Positions 1 through 9,522 are shown, counted from the first letter of the stretch. The stretch: DNA of 64,000 nucleotides from an uncultured Methanosarcinales archaeon (GCA_963843555.1 CAWJKV010000014.1:64001-128000); one strand, 5' to 3'. Translations and numbers: made by a program. Notes: generated from the sequence alone by a model not told the origin.

Positions 1-596
1 TCACCGCTCTCCATGCTTTTCAGGTCACTGTAAAGAGAATCAGCGCTCTGGATGCCATCGATCTCGCCCTTGCCGAGCTGGTAGACGTGGAAGAGGTCCG
101 CAACGTTTCCTTCTTTATCTATCAGGATCAGCGTAGGGTTGGCAAAGCCGCCCTCCAGGGTGGAGTAATCGATGTATTTGCTGGTAAGAGGATAGGGCTC
201 AAAGTCCTCAATCCAAGGCCAGGTTACATTGGTGTTCCACCAGAAACTGGCCAGAGTCCGGCCGTCCTCTGAGTATGGGTTCTTCCGGACGTTGAGGGTT
301 ATGATATTAATGCCGGGATCCTTCTGCTTTAAGATGGAAAGCTCCCGGGTCTGGGCGTTCAGTGCGTTCTCGCACTCCCTGCAGAGGGGATTCTCAATGT
401 TGGTGATGTGCAAAAGGACGACCTCACCCCGGTAGTCGCTCAAGGAGACATTCTTTCCATCAAGGTCCACTGCCTGAAAATCAGGAGCTTTAGCCTCCTG
501 TGCCAGGCCTGTTGACAAGCTTAAGAAGAGGGAACATAAGATGACAAAAAGGGTGATTGGTCCCAAAATCAGGGATCTTTTAATTTTGAAAGACAT
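1..596 (-). CDS. Redoxin/TlpA-like thioredoxin-fold membrane protein, 3' end beyond the window
   Basis: Manual translation from ATG 596: N-terminal hydrophobic segment, APDFQAVDLDGKNVSLSDYRGEVVLL, CREC motif, PTLILIDKEG. Frame stays open to position 1; absent from the ORF track. Confidence 0.8.
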   Translation of the reverse strand, partial: MSFKIKRSLILGPITLFVILCSLFLSLSTGLAQEAKAPDFQAVDLDGKNVSLSDYRGEVVLLHITNIENPLCRECENALNAQTRELSILKQKDPGINIITLNVRKNPYSEDGRTLASFWWNTNVTWPWIEDFEPYPLTSKYIDYSTLEGGFANPTLILIDKEGNVADLFHVYQLGKGEIDGIQSADSLYSDLKSMESG

Positions 597-626
597 GGCT
601 GTTTATCCTTTTATTCAGGCCAGACT

Positions 627-1169
627 TCATTTGTTCCAGTTAGCGGAGTTCTCGTTATAGTAGACTAATGCGTCCTCGATATATTTCTTGGTCCAGCTCT
701 CGCCTGTAACCTCATCAGTGCTGTGCCAGACCGGCACGACCTTTCCCTCCGCATTCGGAGCCAGAGTTACAATAACTGTCAATGGCACATACATGCCGCC
801 GCCGTTGGGATCGTATGCCCGCAGGGCTTCTTCTGATCTGGCATCGCTTCCGTCAGCAGATAAATTGAAGTAGGTGAATTCATCTCCCATCTCGTCAACT
901 ATCTTTGTCAGGGCCTCTGTCTGAGGTGCACAGTAGCTGCAGCCTTTGTGAGCGTAGACAACCACAGGCTTGCTTTCTAGAGCGTCCAAAACCCAAGCAG
1001 GATGGTTGACCTCACCGCCTTTACCACTGGATTGATCCGGATATGTTGTCCACCAGTCATTATTTCCCGATCCTACTGAATATTCAGCACCCATGACATT
1101 AACGCTGAACGCCAGAATGAAGACCGCAATCAAAGATGCTACGCAAACTGTTTTCTTGATTATGCCCAT
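627..1169 (-). CDS. Secreted thioredoxin-like protein
   Basis: Signal peptide, CSYC motif, cis-Pro-like YVP motif. Confidence 0.75.
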   Translation of the reverse strand: MGIIKKTVCVASLIAVFILAFSVNVMGAEYSVGSGNNDWWTTYPDQSSGKGGEVNHPAWVLDALESKPVVVYAHKGCSYCAPQTEALTKIVDEMGDEFTYFNLSADGSDARSEEALRAYDPNGGGMYVPLTVIVTLAPNAEGKVVPVWHSTDEVTGESWTKKYIEDALVYYNENSANWNK

Positions 1170-1344
1170 GATACACTCTCCTTTAGCTCCATTTTTTCAT
1201 CTTGACGAAATCCTACTATGAGGTCTGAGGCTGCAAATTGTCCTCGATAATAGCTCTCGCTTCAAGTTTTCAAGTCGCCTTAACTGAGTTCTTTTCAGAT
1301 CAGATCATCTGAATTGCCCGTTAACAGGGCAAGCCTAGAACGGC

Positions 1345-1364
1345 ATATCGACATTATTGGATAT
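1345..1364. promoter_or_regulatory. Putative ArsR operator, copy 1 (ATATCGACATTATTGGATAT)
   Basis: ATATC-N10-GATAT palindrome overlapping a minus-strand TATA-like box; 17/20 identical to the copy at 1573-1592. Confidence 0.6.
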
Positions 1365-1572
1365 AAGTCTTTCGACTTTATGATCTATATAGTCTTACAT
1401 AGGAAAAATTTTTGTTAGAATCCCTTTCATCTAACAGCATTTCGGCGAACATACATATTTTCAATTGTTAATTTCGGCCATCTTGTTACCTAATTATGTG
1501 GAAAATGTTTAATATATTTAATTAAAGACAGATGTCGTAATTGGATTTAACTGTATGACGGGAAAATCTTAT

Positions 1573-1592
1573 ATATCGAAATAACTGGATAT
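1573..1592. promoter_or_regulatory. Putative ArsR operator, copy 2 (ATATCGAAATAACTGGATAT)
   Basis: Overlaps TATA box TTATATAT (1569-1576) upstream of the small Cys-rich ORF/ArsR operon. Confidence 0.6.
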
Positions 1593-1703
1593 GGATAGCC
1601 GGATTAACCTGCGGTATGGACGGACCGGTATACGCTAAATCAGAAGAAATACTGTATACAGCCAGCAGTCAACAGAGAAGGCACAAGAGGGTGAAATGCC
1701 AAA

Positions 1704-1856
1704 ATGAGCACGGTGAAATGCGAAATATGCAATAAAGAAGCGGAATCCCTATTCATCGTAAGTCACAAAAAGAGGGGTAGAATAAGAATATGCTGCGACT
1801 GTCTGAAGCAAGAGGGGCCAAAGCTTCTAAATCAAAAAAGCTGCAGTTGCTGTTGA
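1704..1856 (+). CDS. Small Cys-rich putative metal-binding protein (50 aa)
   Basis: MSTVKCEICNKEAESLFIVSHKKRGRIRICCDCLKQEGPKLLNQKSCSCC*; 8 Cys; GAGGGTGA SD-like sequence upstream; precedes arsR. Confidence 0.7.
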   Translation: MSTVKCEICNKEAESLFIVSHKKRGRIRICCDCLKQEGPKLLNQKSCSCC

Positions 1857-1881
1857 AAGTTGCTGCTAAAGAGAGGAGTCC

Positions 1882-2274
1882 ATGACATGCGTTACGGAAG
1901 AAGCTGTTAACAGGATGACACGGCTGATCGGCGATGCCGATAAAGCCGAATGCAAGGTCGACAAGATCCGTTCCATAGTGAACAGCATAGACGAGCTGGA
2001 GATCGAGGAGGAGGCTGAGATATTTCAGGCTATGGCCGATCCCTGCCGACTCAAGATCCTCATGCTCCTGAGAGAAGGAGAGTTATGCGTCTGCGAGATC
2101 ATGATCGGTCTCGACAGACCCCAATCCAGCACATCTCATCACCTTTCCATCCTCAAGGATGCAGGGCTCATCAAAGAGCGCAAGGATGGGAGATGGTCCA
2201 GATACCGGCTGTCCGAGGGCGCTGTTATTGAGATGCTCAATATGGTAAAGCTGATGAAAGAAGCTAAAATCTGA
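1882..2274 (+). CDS. ArsR/SmtB family metalloregulator
   Basis: ADPCRLKIL..ELCVCEI..QSSTSHHLSILKDAGLI. Confidence 0.93.
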   Translation: MTCVTEEAVNRMTRLIGDADKAECKVDKIRSIVNSIDELEIEEEAEIFQAMADPCRLKILMLLREGELCVCEIMIGLDRPQSSTSHHLSILKDAGLIKERKDGRWSRYRLSEGAVIEMLNMVKLMKEAKI

Positions 2275-2290
2275 GAGAGGGCAAAAACAA

Positions 2291-3388
2291 ATGACCAAAT
2301 TCGATACTATTCACAATGATAACGCCAGCTCAACTCTTGACCGAAAGAGATCAGGCTCAAGAGGGTTCTATGTTCTGGGAATTCTGATAATTTCCTTGAT
2401 GGCTTTTGCGCCCGTAGTTGACGCGGGCTGCAGTTGCGGCGGAGGCACCTGGGATCCTAGCGGTTTCCTCAACTCTGAACCTGGAACCGGCCAGCCCGTC
2501 CAGCCAGGCAGCGCCCAAAACAACGCTGCTGGATATTCCGGTAACAGCACGCAGAATTCCGGTATAAACACAGAGAAGCCGTTGGATAGGGCGGCCTCTT
2601 TTCCTAATGGTGGGATCCTTAAGTCCATGAAGAGCGTTTCCAGCTCAGATGTGGTAGTGGACGTATCCAACGGCGACAGCTACGCGAAGTCTCATATCGA
2701 GAATGCCATTCACATTCAAACCAGAGACTTCTTAGATGGCGCTGGCAACCTAAAAACAGATGAGGAACTAGCCTCGATCTTGGGCGATAAAGGCATCTCC
2801 AGAGATGATTCAGTAGTCCTTTACGGGAATAAAGAGAGCTCTGGGGAAGCCGAATTTGCCTTCCTGGTGCTACAACACTTGGGACAAAAGGATGTCAGAC
2901 TCCTGGATGGAAGCCTGGCAGACTGGAAAGCTGCAGGCTTGCCTGAGGCGGCTTTGGAGAATATAAAGCCTAGCGTTGTGTACAACCCCGAAGTCAACCC
3001 CAAGGTTATAGCCGAATTCGAATACGTGAAGTCCAAACAGGCCCAGATCGTGGATGCCCGGCCCTTTGTGGAGTTTGGCAAAGGCCGCATACCAGGCTCT
3101 GTCGCTCTGGATCCAGCCAATATAATTAAAGGAGATCGTATCAAGAATGGAGACGAACTGGGTATGGTATTCGGCAGGCTGAGCAAAGACCAGCCGATCG
3201 TAGTTTATTCCAGCGATTACAGCCGCTCATCTCTGGTCTGGTATGCTCTGCAGCTCATGGGATATGAGGCCAGCATCTACACCTGGGAGGATTGGAAGGC
3301 GAACGAGGCAACGGGGGAGCAGGCCGCTACGACTCCGGCTGGAGGAGGCACTGCCAGCACGAAATACACAAAGCTGGGCAATACGTGA
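2291..3388 (+). CDS. Exported tandem rhodanese-domain protein lacking the catalytic Cys
   Basis: Two rhodanese repeats (SHIENAI; VDARP..GRIPGS), hydrophobic N-terminal segment followed by GCSCGG; active-site loop reads VVYSSDYSRSS. Confidence 0.8.
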   Translation: MTKFDTIHNDNASSTLDRKRSGSRGFYVLGILIISLMAFAPVVDAGCSCGGGTWDPSGFLNSEPGTGQPVQPGSAQNNAAGYSGNSTQNSGINTEKPLDRAASFPNGGILKSMKSVSSSDVVVDVSNGDSYAKSHIENAIHIQTRDFLDGAGNLKTDEELASILGDKGISRDDSVVLYGNKESSGEAEFAFLVLQHLGQKDVRLLDGSLADWKAAGLPEAALENIKPSVVYNPEVNPKVIAEFEYVKSKQAQIVDARPFVEFGKGRIPGSVALDPANIIKGDRIKNGDELGMVFGRLSKDQPIVVYSSDYSRSSLVWYALQLMGYEASIYTWEDWKANEATGEQAATTPAGGGTASTKYTKLGNT

Positions 3389-3574
3389 TCGTCTAAGTAT
3401 TATGCCATTGGGAGGAGAGTTCTAACTACAAACTGGGAGTGAACTATGAGAACACGGCGGCTCTCTCCTTCACCGCGGCCAGCAACAACTTCGAGCTGAA
3501 GCTGAGGGATAAGTACTATCCCGGTGCGCCCTGATAAGATATTTGCGAAACTAATAGTTAGCATGGTGAGATAG

Positions 3575-4372
3575 ATGACTGGATCGCCCGCTGAGGTAAA
3601 GCTCGTGAGCAACGCAATGGCCAACGCCACGAGGAGAAAGATAATGGCCATGCTGGTGGAGAAGGACAGAACAAGAGCAGAGATCGAGCAAGAGATAGGA
3701 GGCTCCATGCTGGACTACCACATGCAAATGCTGCAGCAAGCCGGCTTGATCGACATCAAGGAAGACGCTATGGTTCTAACCGATTTTGGAAAGAACTTCA
3801 TGGAGACCAAGGCCGAGAAGCCGGCCGAGGCCAAGAAAGATCTTGCAGGCACAAAGCCCCTGGAAGTCGTCGAGCTCAGACAGCTCTTGCCCTGCATTGC
3901 CGACAGCACCAAGTTCAGGATTATTGCCCGTTTTGAGCCACCTTTGGGCGGTGCCCTAAAACTCCTGGAGCCCCTATTCCCTAGGGCCAGGTACTCGGAG
4001 AGGATTGGAGCGCTCATCATCCAGAAGGGCAATATTCTCATCACCGTCTATTCCACCGGCAATGTTACCATGACCATGATCAAGAGCGAGGCAGAGGCTC
4101 GAGAGACTATGGAGGATCTGAAGAGGACCATCAACGAGGCCATAGCTAAGGGGGTGACTCCAGTTCCAAGAGAGAAGATCAAGGTAGATCACGCTGAGAT
4201 CTATGAGTACCTTCCCAAGACCAATTGCCAGATCTGTGGAGAGCAGAGCTGCTACGCTTTCGCCATCAAGCTGGTGGGAAGGGAGACAGCTCTGGATAAA
4301 TGCACTCCGCTGCTGGAGGCCAAATACGCCACCAATCTGGAGCATGTCAGGGCATTGCTCGAATACCTCTGA
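3575..4372 (+). CDS. ArsR-type HTH + TBP-like + C-terminal Fe-S binding domain protein (copy 1)
   Basis: N-terminal HTH (LDYHMQMLQQAGLI); C-terminal LPKTNCQICGEQSCYAFA..C motif; paralog at 27215-28021. Confidence 0.8.
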   Translation: MTGSPAEVKLVSNAMANATRRKIMAMLVEKDRTRAEIEQEIGGSMLDYHMQMLQQAGLIDIKEDAMVLTDFGKNFMETKAEKPAEAKKDLAGTKPLEVVELRQLLPCIADSTKFRIIARFEPPLGGALKLLEPLFPRARYSERIGALIIQKGNILITVYSTGNVTMTMIKSEAEARETMEDLKRTINEAIAKGVTPVPREKIKVDHAEIYEYLPKTNCQICGEQSCYAFAIKLVGRETALDKCTPLLEAKYATNLEHVRALLEYL

Positions 4373-4384
4373 AGGAGGAACACC

Positions 4385-4771
4385 TTGAAGACGCTGACCA
4401 TCATCCTCACGGACGGTCCCTACATCTCAGAATATGCCGAGATGGCCTACAAGATCGCATCAGAGTCGCTGAAAGATTTCAGGTTAATATATATTTCTTC
4501 ACCTGGATGCGGTGCATATTCCCAAGCTCGGGCAAAAGCCTTCTCTTTTTGGAAATGCTGGCCTGTTATTCCAGGAGCAGGCCGAGAGGGGAGCTGTGGT
4601 CAGGGCCTGTGCCAGGTGTGCCACAGCCAGAGGCTACCTGGCCGGGGAAGATGGCGTCTGCGCGGATTATCATCCGGGGAAAAGATCACCAGCCTCTACG
4701 ATCTGGCAGAGATGATGGAGAAGAGCGACAGGGCAATTGCCATTCGAAGACAGGTGAAGCATGGACAATAA
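4385..4771 (+). pseudogene. DsrE/TusD-like sulfurtransferase, frameshifted (copy 1)
   Basis: Colinear with 26823-27191 but carries three indels (about 4473, 4490 and 4680); middle part lies in ORF 4512-4715. Confidence 0.8.
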
Positions 4772-5013
4772 AAGAGATCTTCCTTCTGACCAAGACGCCT
4801 CAAAATGACCGCACGAAGCTATGCCTTGACCTCATGGAGCTTTCGGAAAATGGCGTTCTGTATATCGCCGGAGACGGGGTCTACAATTTGCTTGAAGAGA
4901 CAACTCTCGAAGTCCTACCAAGGGGGAGGATTCTGGACCTAAAAGATCTCTTGAATGCAAAGCAAAAAGACCTATGTAGGATTAAAGTGTCTGCATCGAT
5001 GCAATATCATTGA
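4761..5013 (+). pseudogene. DsrH/TusB-like 5' part fused by deletion to the 3' remnant of the downstream hypothetical gene
   Basis: KEIFLLTKTPQNDRTKLCL..GDGVYNLL..RGRIL then DLKDLL, matching the gene at 25559-26122; junction GATTCTGG at 4929-4936. Confidence 0.75.
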
Positions 5014-5358
5014 GTCTTCGTGCTGTTAGGATCGGGAAAGAATCGCCTTCTAGTTATCACTCAAAGGCTTATTCAGTATGGCGGGAAACATCTGCGATAA
5101 GATAAAGAGGCATCACTATATTGGAACAAAGACAGATTTCCTTTTAAAGAACCATACCGCTAGAGCCGCATCCATCTCTCCTTGTAGCCTCCGAGCCTCC
5201 CTGCGAGCTGCATGAATATGCCTGGCGGCCTTCCGCAGTGACTTGGCATCCTTGAGTTCACGCGGATGGAAGTAGGCGAGAGGAAATATTTACCGGTATT
5301 TTGTTCTACGCAGCACGCTGCTAGGTATTCATTTTAAAATAAGAAAAGTTAAATGTTT

Positions 5359-5823
5359 TTAGAAACCACGACTTGAAGGCAGGAACTTCCAGTCATCAGT
5401 GCCGTTGGTATCTCTTCCATCCGGGTCCCTTGTCCAGGCGCCCTCGTTATCCTCTCCATCGCTCAAGGCTGGAGTCCTATCAACCTCTCGGCCGGACGCG
5501 TCCATAAGCCTCAGAACCTCGCCGCCGTGAGCCAGCCATTTTGGCGGCACATCCAGAACATAGTAATCGATGGCTTTGACCATCGTTCCTTTGGGAAAAG
5601 TCATCGATCTTCCAATAGAATTATTTATGCTCCATCCGCCGATATCGACATCTTTGTTGTCGTTATTGAAGAGCTCAAACCATGCTGTTACCACCGCTTT
5701 GAAAGCATCCTCCTTCCCGGCCGGGTTTTGCTCTACCTCATTGATTACAACGCTGGCGAGCGACGTTCCCAGCAAGAAAACGATAGAGGTCATTATAAGA
5801 AGAAACATTTTACCTGATATCAT
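5359..5823 (-). CDS. Lamin-tail domain secreted protein
   Basis: Signal peptide; VVINEVEQNPAG..WFELFN..VDIGGWSI. Confidence 0.8.
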   Translation of the reverse strand: MISGKMFLLIMTSIVFLLGTSLASVVINEVEQNPAGKEDAFKAVVTAWFELFNNDNKDVDIGGWSINNSIGRSMTFPKGTMVKAIDYYVLDVPPKWLAHGGEVLRLMDASGREVDRTPALSDGEDNEGAWTRDPDGRDTNGTDDWKFLPSSRGF

Positions 5824-5902
5824 GCAAATTCTCCATTTAGGTGAAATCTCCATCCGTGCTAATATCAGTGTCGCCTGATTGGTGCTATTGGTTTTGATTG
5901 AA

Positions 5903-6232
5903 TCATCTGAACATGGTCTTCATCTCATAGACTCCCGACTCGTTTCTCTTGCTGGCGGCAAACCCCATCTTGTTGAAGAGCCGGAAGACGATATGAGCGA
6001 TGGCGATGAGATCCATGGCCCTCTTCTGCTGCCGTCTCAGATGAAGAAGGAGTTGAGGCGAAGGTTATCTCTGAACTTTTCATCTGTGCAGGGTGCCACA
6101 CCAAGGTTAACGAGGACGAATTTCCTTGAAGATGAAGCGCTCTTGATCCCTGAACTTACAGGGCCATTTTTTTCGGATTTTGTCCCACGAAGCAACGCAT
6201 CTAATCGATTCGGAATTTGTGGATTCCTGCAT
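5903..6232 (-). pseudogene. Internally deleted acetyl-CoA hydrolase/transferase-GNAT fusion remnant
   Basis: Stitched segments: MQEST..IFKEIRP / NLGVAPCTDEKFRDNLRLNSFFI / RAMDLIAIAH / VFRLFNKMGF..GVYEMKTMFR*. Confidence 0.6.
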
Positions 6233-6254
6233 TTAGGCTCCTTCGAATCCCGTC

Positions 6255-7952
6255 TTATTGAATCAAAGGCAGGATCTTCAGCCTCCACCTCAAACGATTC
6301 CTCCGTTCGTATTTTATGCTGAAGGCCTCCGTGCCCTTCGGACTGCCTATCAGAGCCAGAATATCGTCTCCCTGCACAATCGTATTGGAGTCAGGCACTG
6401 CAATCGCCTGGCCCATTCGCTCCAGAGCGACCACCCGGCAGCCGAAATTATGGGGCAGATCCAGCTCCGCCAGAGTCTTTCCCGTCAGTCCAGACCTCTT
6501 CCCTACTTGGAAGATCTTGAGATCCAGATCCTCATAAAGCAGATCCAGCTCCTCTTCATCTCCCTGGATGATTTTGGCCAGCATGTGGCTGGCGACAATG
6601 GGCATTGATGCCACATAATCCGCACCAGCCCGGTAGATCTTCTCTGCAGACTTGAGACGGTTTGCCCTCACCACCACAAAGGCATGCGGGTTGAGGTTCT
6701 TGGCCATTAGTGTGGCATAAATAGCATCGGAGTCCTGATTGAGCATGATCAGGACGCTCACCGCCTCTTTGATTCCAGCCTGCAACAAAATGGCCTCTCT
6801 TGTAGCGTCGCCGGTTATTTGCTTAAAACCTATATCTCCCAGATCGTGATGATCTACAATCAAGGGTTTTATTCCGCAGACAGACTGCACTGTGGCTACA
6901 CGCCTTCCCACGTCCCCGTATCCCAGGATGATCTGAGGTCCCTCCTTGCGAGTGCCTATAGTTAGATCTCGAATTTTGGAGAGCTGATCGATATTTCCTA
7001 CTGCCATCAAGACCGAGTTTGACCGCACCACATCATCGGATCCAGGGCTGGAATGGAAGACTCCTCGCTGCCAGATGCCGACAATGCCAGCGCCCGTCTC
7101 CACAATCACCTTCTCCTCCAGCTTCTCTCCAATCAGCTCCGCTCCTGGATAGATGGGCAGCTCGATCAGCAGAAGATCTCCAAAGAGCCGGATGGCTCCC
7201 GGGAATACGTCCTTCAGTGGGGGCGAGGTGATCTGGGCGATGAAGGTTCCGAGGAGCGTCTTTGGCGATATGATCCTGGAGGCCCCGGCATACTTCAAGA
7301 ACCTGGATCTGGTCTGGTCGTCTACCAGAGCGATTATCTCGATATCCGAGATCTCTCGCAGGGTTAGAATGACTTCGGCATTCATCTCCTCAGTTTCGTT
7401 GGCAATAAAGAGGCGGGCAGAGCTGATGTTCGCCCTTTGCAGCACTTCCTCCTCGGAAGGATCCCCCGAGAGAACAGGATAATTTCGATAAATAGTTCTG
7501 GCAGTATTCTCAGAGCGTTCGATGATCAGGAAAGGTATCTGCAACAGAGAAAATCGCTCTGCCAGAGTCTCCACTACAGGATTGAAGCCGGAAATTATTA
7601 TGTGACCGGATATGTTCTTCGGAGTGGAGCTGGGGTCAGATCTGACAAGATGCTCCAGCCGGGGTGTGATTATTAGAGGCATGATCACTGCCCAGAGTAT
7701 GGCGATACCGGAGAGGGCCACTAAAATGCTGAAGATGCGACCCAATTGGCTGCGGAAGACTATATCTCCGTAGCCCAGTGTTGTTATGGTGGCGGCAACC
7801 CAATAAAAGGCTGTGATAAGGTTTGCATTCTGGTACTGGCCCTCCTGATTCATCAAAGCCATGAAGACCAGGCTGTAAAATACAACTAAAATCAGTATTC
7901 CAGAAATGAGCTTGAAGGCCTTTTGCAATCCTGTTCCCCACATACCATCCAC
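6255..7952 (-). CDS. Potassium channel with tandem RCK (TrkA-N/C) domains
   Basis: Selectivity filter TITTLGYGD, two TM helices, two RCK N/C pairs (ILGYGDVG). Confidence 0.92.
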   Translation of the reverse strand: MDGMWGTGLQKAFKLISGILILVVFYSLVFMALMNQEGQYQNANLITAFYWVAATITTLGYGDIVFRSQLGRIFSILVALSGIAILWAVIMPLIITPRLEHLVRSDPSSTPKNISGHIIISGFNPVVETLAERFSLLQIPFLIIERSENTARTIYRNYPVLSGDPSEEEVLQRANISSARLFIANETEEMNAEVILTLREISDIEIIALVDDQTRSRFLKYAGASRIISPKTLLGTFIAQITSPPLKDVFPGAIRLFGDLLLIELPIYPGAELIGEKLEEKVIVETGAGIVGIWQRGVFHSSPGSDDVVRSNSVLMAVGNIDQLSKIRDLTIGTRKEGPQIILGYGDVGRRVATVQSVCGIKPLIVDHHDLGDIGFKQITGDATREAILLQAGIKEAVSVLIMLNQDSDAIYATLMAKNLNPHAFVVVRANRLKSAEKIYRAGADYVASMPIVASHMLAKIIQGDEEELDLLYEDLDLKIFQVGKRSGLTGKTLAELDLPHNFGCRVVALERMGQAIAVPDSNTIVQGDDILALIGSPKGTEAFSIKYERRNRLRWRLKILPLIQ

Positions 7953-8029
7953 CTCCTTTAATTAAAAAGGTTCCGAGGGCGATGAATTGAAAGCGAGAAA
8001 TCCTAAGCAACGAATTCAAAGCTTTGAAT

Positions 8030-8830
8030 TCAAAGCGATAAATCGAATTTGCGAATTGTCTTCAGAAACTCTCCGATTCTTCCTTCCATGCGGCTCATCA
8101 GAGAATCGCTTGGGCAGGCCAAGGCAACGGCGCAGCCTTTCGCGCCGTCGTAGTCCAGCCCAATCTGGGTGAACCGGATCGAGAATTCATGGAAAGATTC
8201 AATGAGACGACTCTCCGGAAGAAACTCTCTACCAAACGTATCGATCGTATCCACCATATGCCAGCAGAGAACTGTCCATCCCAATTCATGAGCATTATCA
8301 AACAGCTTTTCTGATGCATTTACGTCTTTGGGATCAAGAAAAGGTGGATCTATAAGCAGAAGTCCGGGTGCCCTTTGGTTCAGCAGAGATGTAACTCCTG
8401 AAAAACCGTCGCCCAATTGGATGGAAGAGAAGGGGATTTCAATCTGATCGGGATTTTTGCGCCAGGTCGCAATGACTTCGGCATCGATGTCCCAGGCCTC
8501 GAACTCCAGCTTGGCCCCCTTCCGCCTGGCCAGTTCCCATACCAACCGGGCCGATCCAGGATAACACATCAGGCCGTGAGGATTCAAATCTGCCAAGATT
8601 TTAGAATAGGAAAAATTTCTGAGGGACGGCAGAACAGGCCAGATTTTGCCTATTCCGCCCTCCCAATCACCGGGCACCTTCAGGGAATACTCCGGGCGTC
8701 CTACGTGGCTTTCCGCATAAACCAGGCTGCTATCGGGGGTGAGGAGGCAATCTGCCGCCTCGAGCAGGAGGAAATGCTTCCAGACATCGCCTGCATTGCC
8801 TGCATGCACTCTGTGATCGTAATGGCGCAT
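8030..8830 (-). CDS. RlmJ-like adenine-N6 methyltransferase
   Basis: N-terminal YDHRVHAGNAGDVWKH, YPGS and LLIDPPF motifs typical of RlmJ. Confidence 0.75.
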   Translation of the reverse strand: MRHYDHRVHAGNAGDVWKHFLLLEAADCLLTPDSSLVYAESHVGRPEYSLKVPGDWEGGIGKIWPVLPSLRNFSYSKILADLNPHGLMCYPGSARLVWELARRKGAKLEFEAWDIDAEVIATWRKNPDQIEIPFSSIQLGDGFSGVTSLLNQRAPGLLLIDPPFLDPKDVNASEKLFDNAHELGWTVLCWHMVDTIDTFGREFLPESRLIESFHEFSIRFTQIGLDYDGAKGCAVALACPSDSLMSRMEGRIGEFLKTIRKFDLSL

Positions 8831-8843
8831 CTAGCCAAGGGTT

Positions 8844-9314
8844 TTAGTCGTTCTGGTACATCTTCTTGGCGATATTGAAGGCCTGGGCCGGAGTCGCTAT
8901 GGCTATCCTCTGGGAGTCATCGAAGCTAGCCTTGGAGGCAGCGGCCGTTGCGGCAGCAGTTCGGAGCAGCTTTTTATCCACCTCATTGGTCAGCCAGCGG
9001 GCTCCGCCTATGCCAACCAGAAGGGCGCCGGCAATGGAAGAGATGGTGACTGTGACCTCTTCCGTTCCTACTCCGGTAGCAGTCCCAAAAAGGACCGTAT
9101 TGGCGAAGGCTCCGTAGAGTCCCCAGGAGATAAAGGCAGCAACAGCTCCCAGGAGAATGTTGCCTGCAAAACCAGGGCGGATGATGGTGACCTCGCCCGC
9201 AGTCTCCTCACTGGGCTTGATGAAGCCATTATCGCTCACAAGTGCATTTATGATTCCGCCTATGGCACCGCTCAACATGATTACTCCTATCGGTATTAAC
9301 ATCGGCATCGGCAT
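8844..9314 (-). CDS. Small integral membrane protein (Gly-rich TM helices)
   Basis: Three hydrophobic helices (GAIGGIINAL, GNILLGAVAAF, GALLVGIGGARW). Confidence 0.7.
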   Translation of the reverse strand: MPMPMLIPIGVIMLSGAIGGIINALVSDNGFIKPSEETAGEVTIIRPGFAGNILLGAVAAFISWGLYGAFANTVLFGTATGVGTEEVTVTISSIAGALLVGIGGARWLTNEVDKKLLRTAAATAAASKASFDDSQRIAIATPAQAFNIAKKMYQND

Positions 9315-9522
9315 TTATGTCCTCCCTCATATTTTATCAGATTCGGGAAAGCTGCATCCATCCCCTCGAATGGCTGAAGAGACCCGGACCCTCACTATTT
9401 CTCACTAATTTTTTTAAGACTGATTTATCGCCATACTATTTGAACTTTATTGTTCTGATTGCAGAAAGGAGTCCTGAAAGGATCATATCCCCTTTTATTC
9501 TTTGGCAGGATTATGATTATCC

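Noticed and set aside
3397..3534. Start-less open frame WEESSNYKLGVNYENTAALSF..YYPGAP*
   Set aside because: Looks like a 3' gene remnant but I cannot assign a family; not listed as a feature.
5140..5290. GC-rich coding-like fragment on the minus strand
   Set aside because: No start codon and no recognisable motif in either candidate frame.
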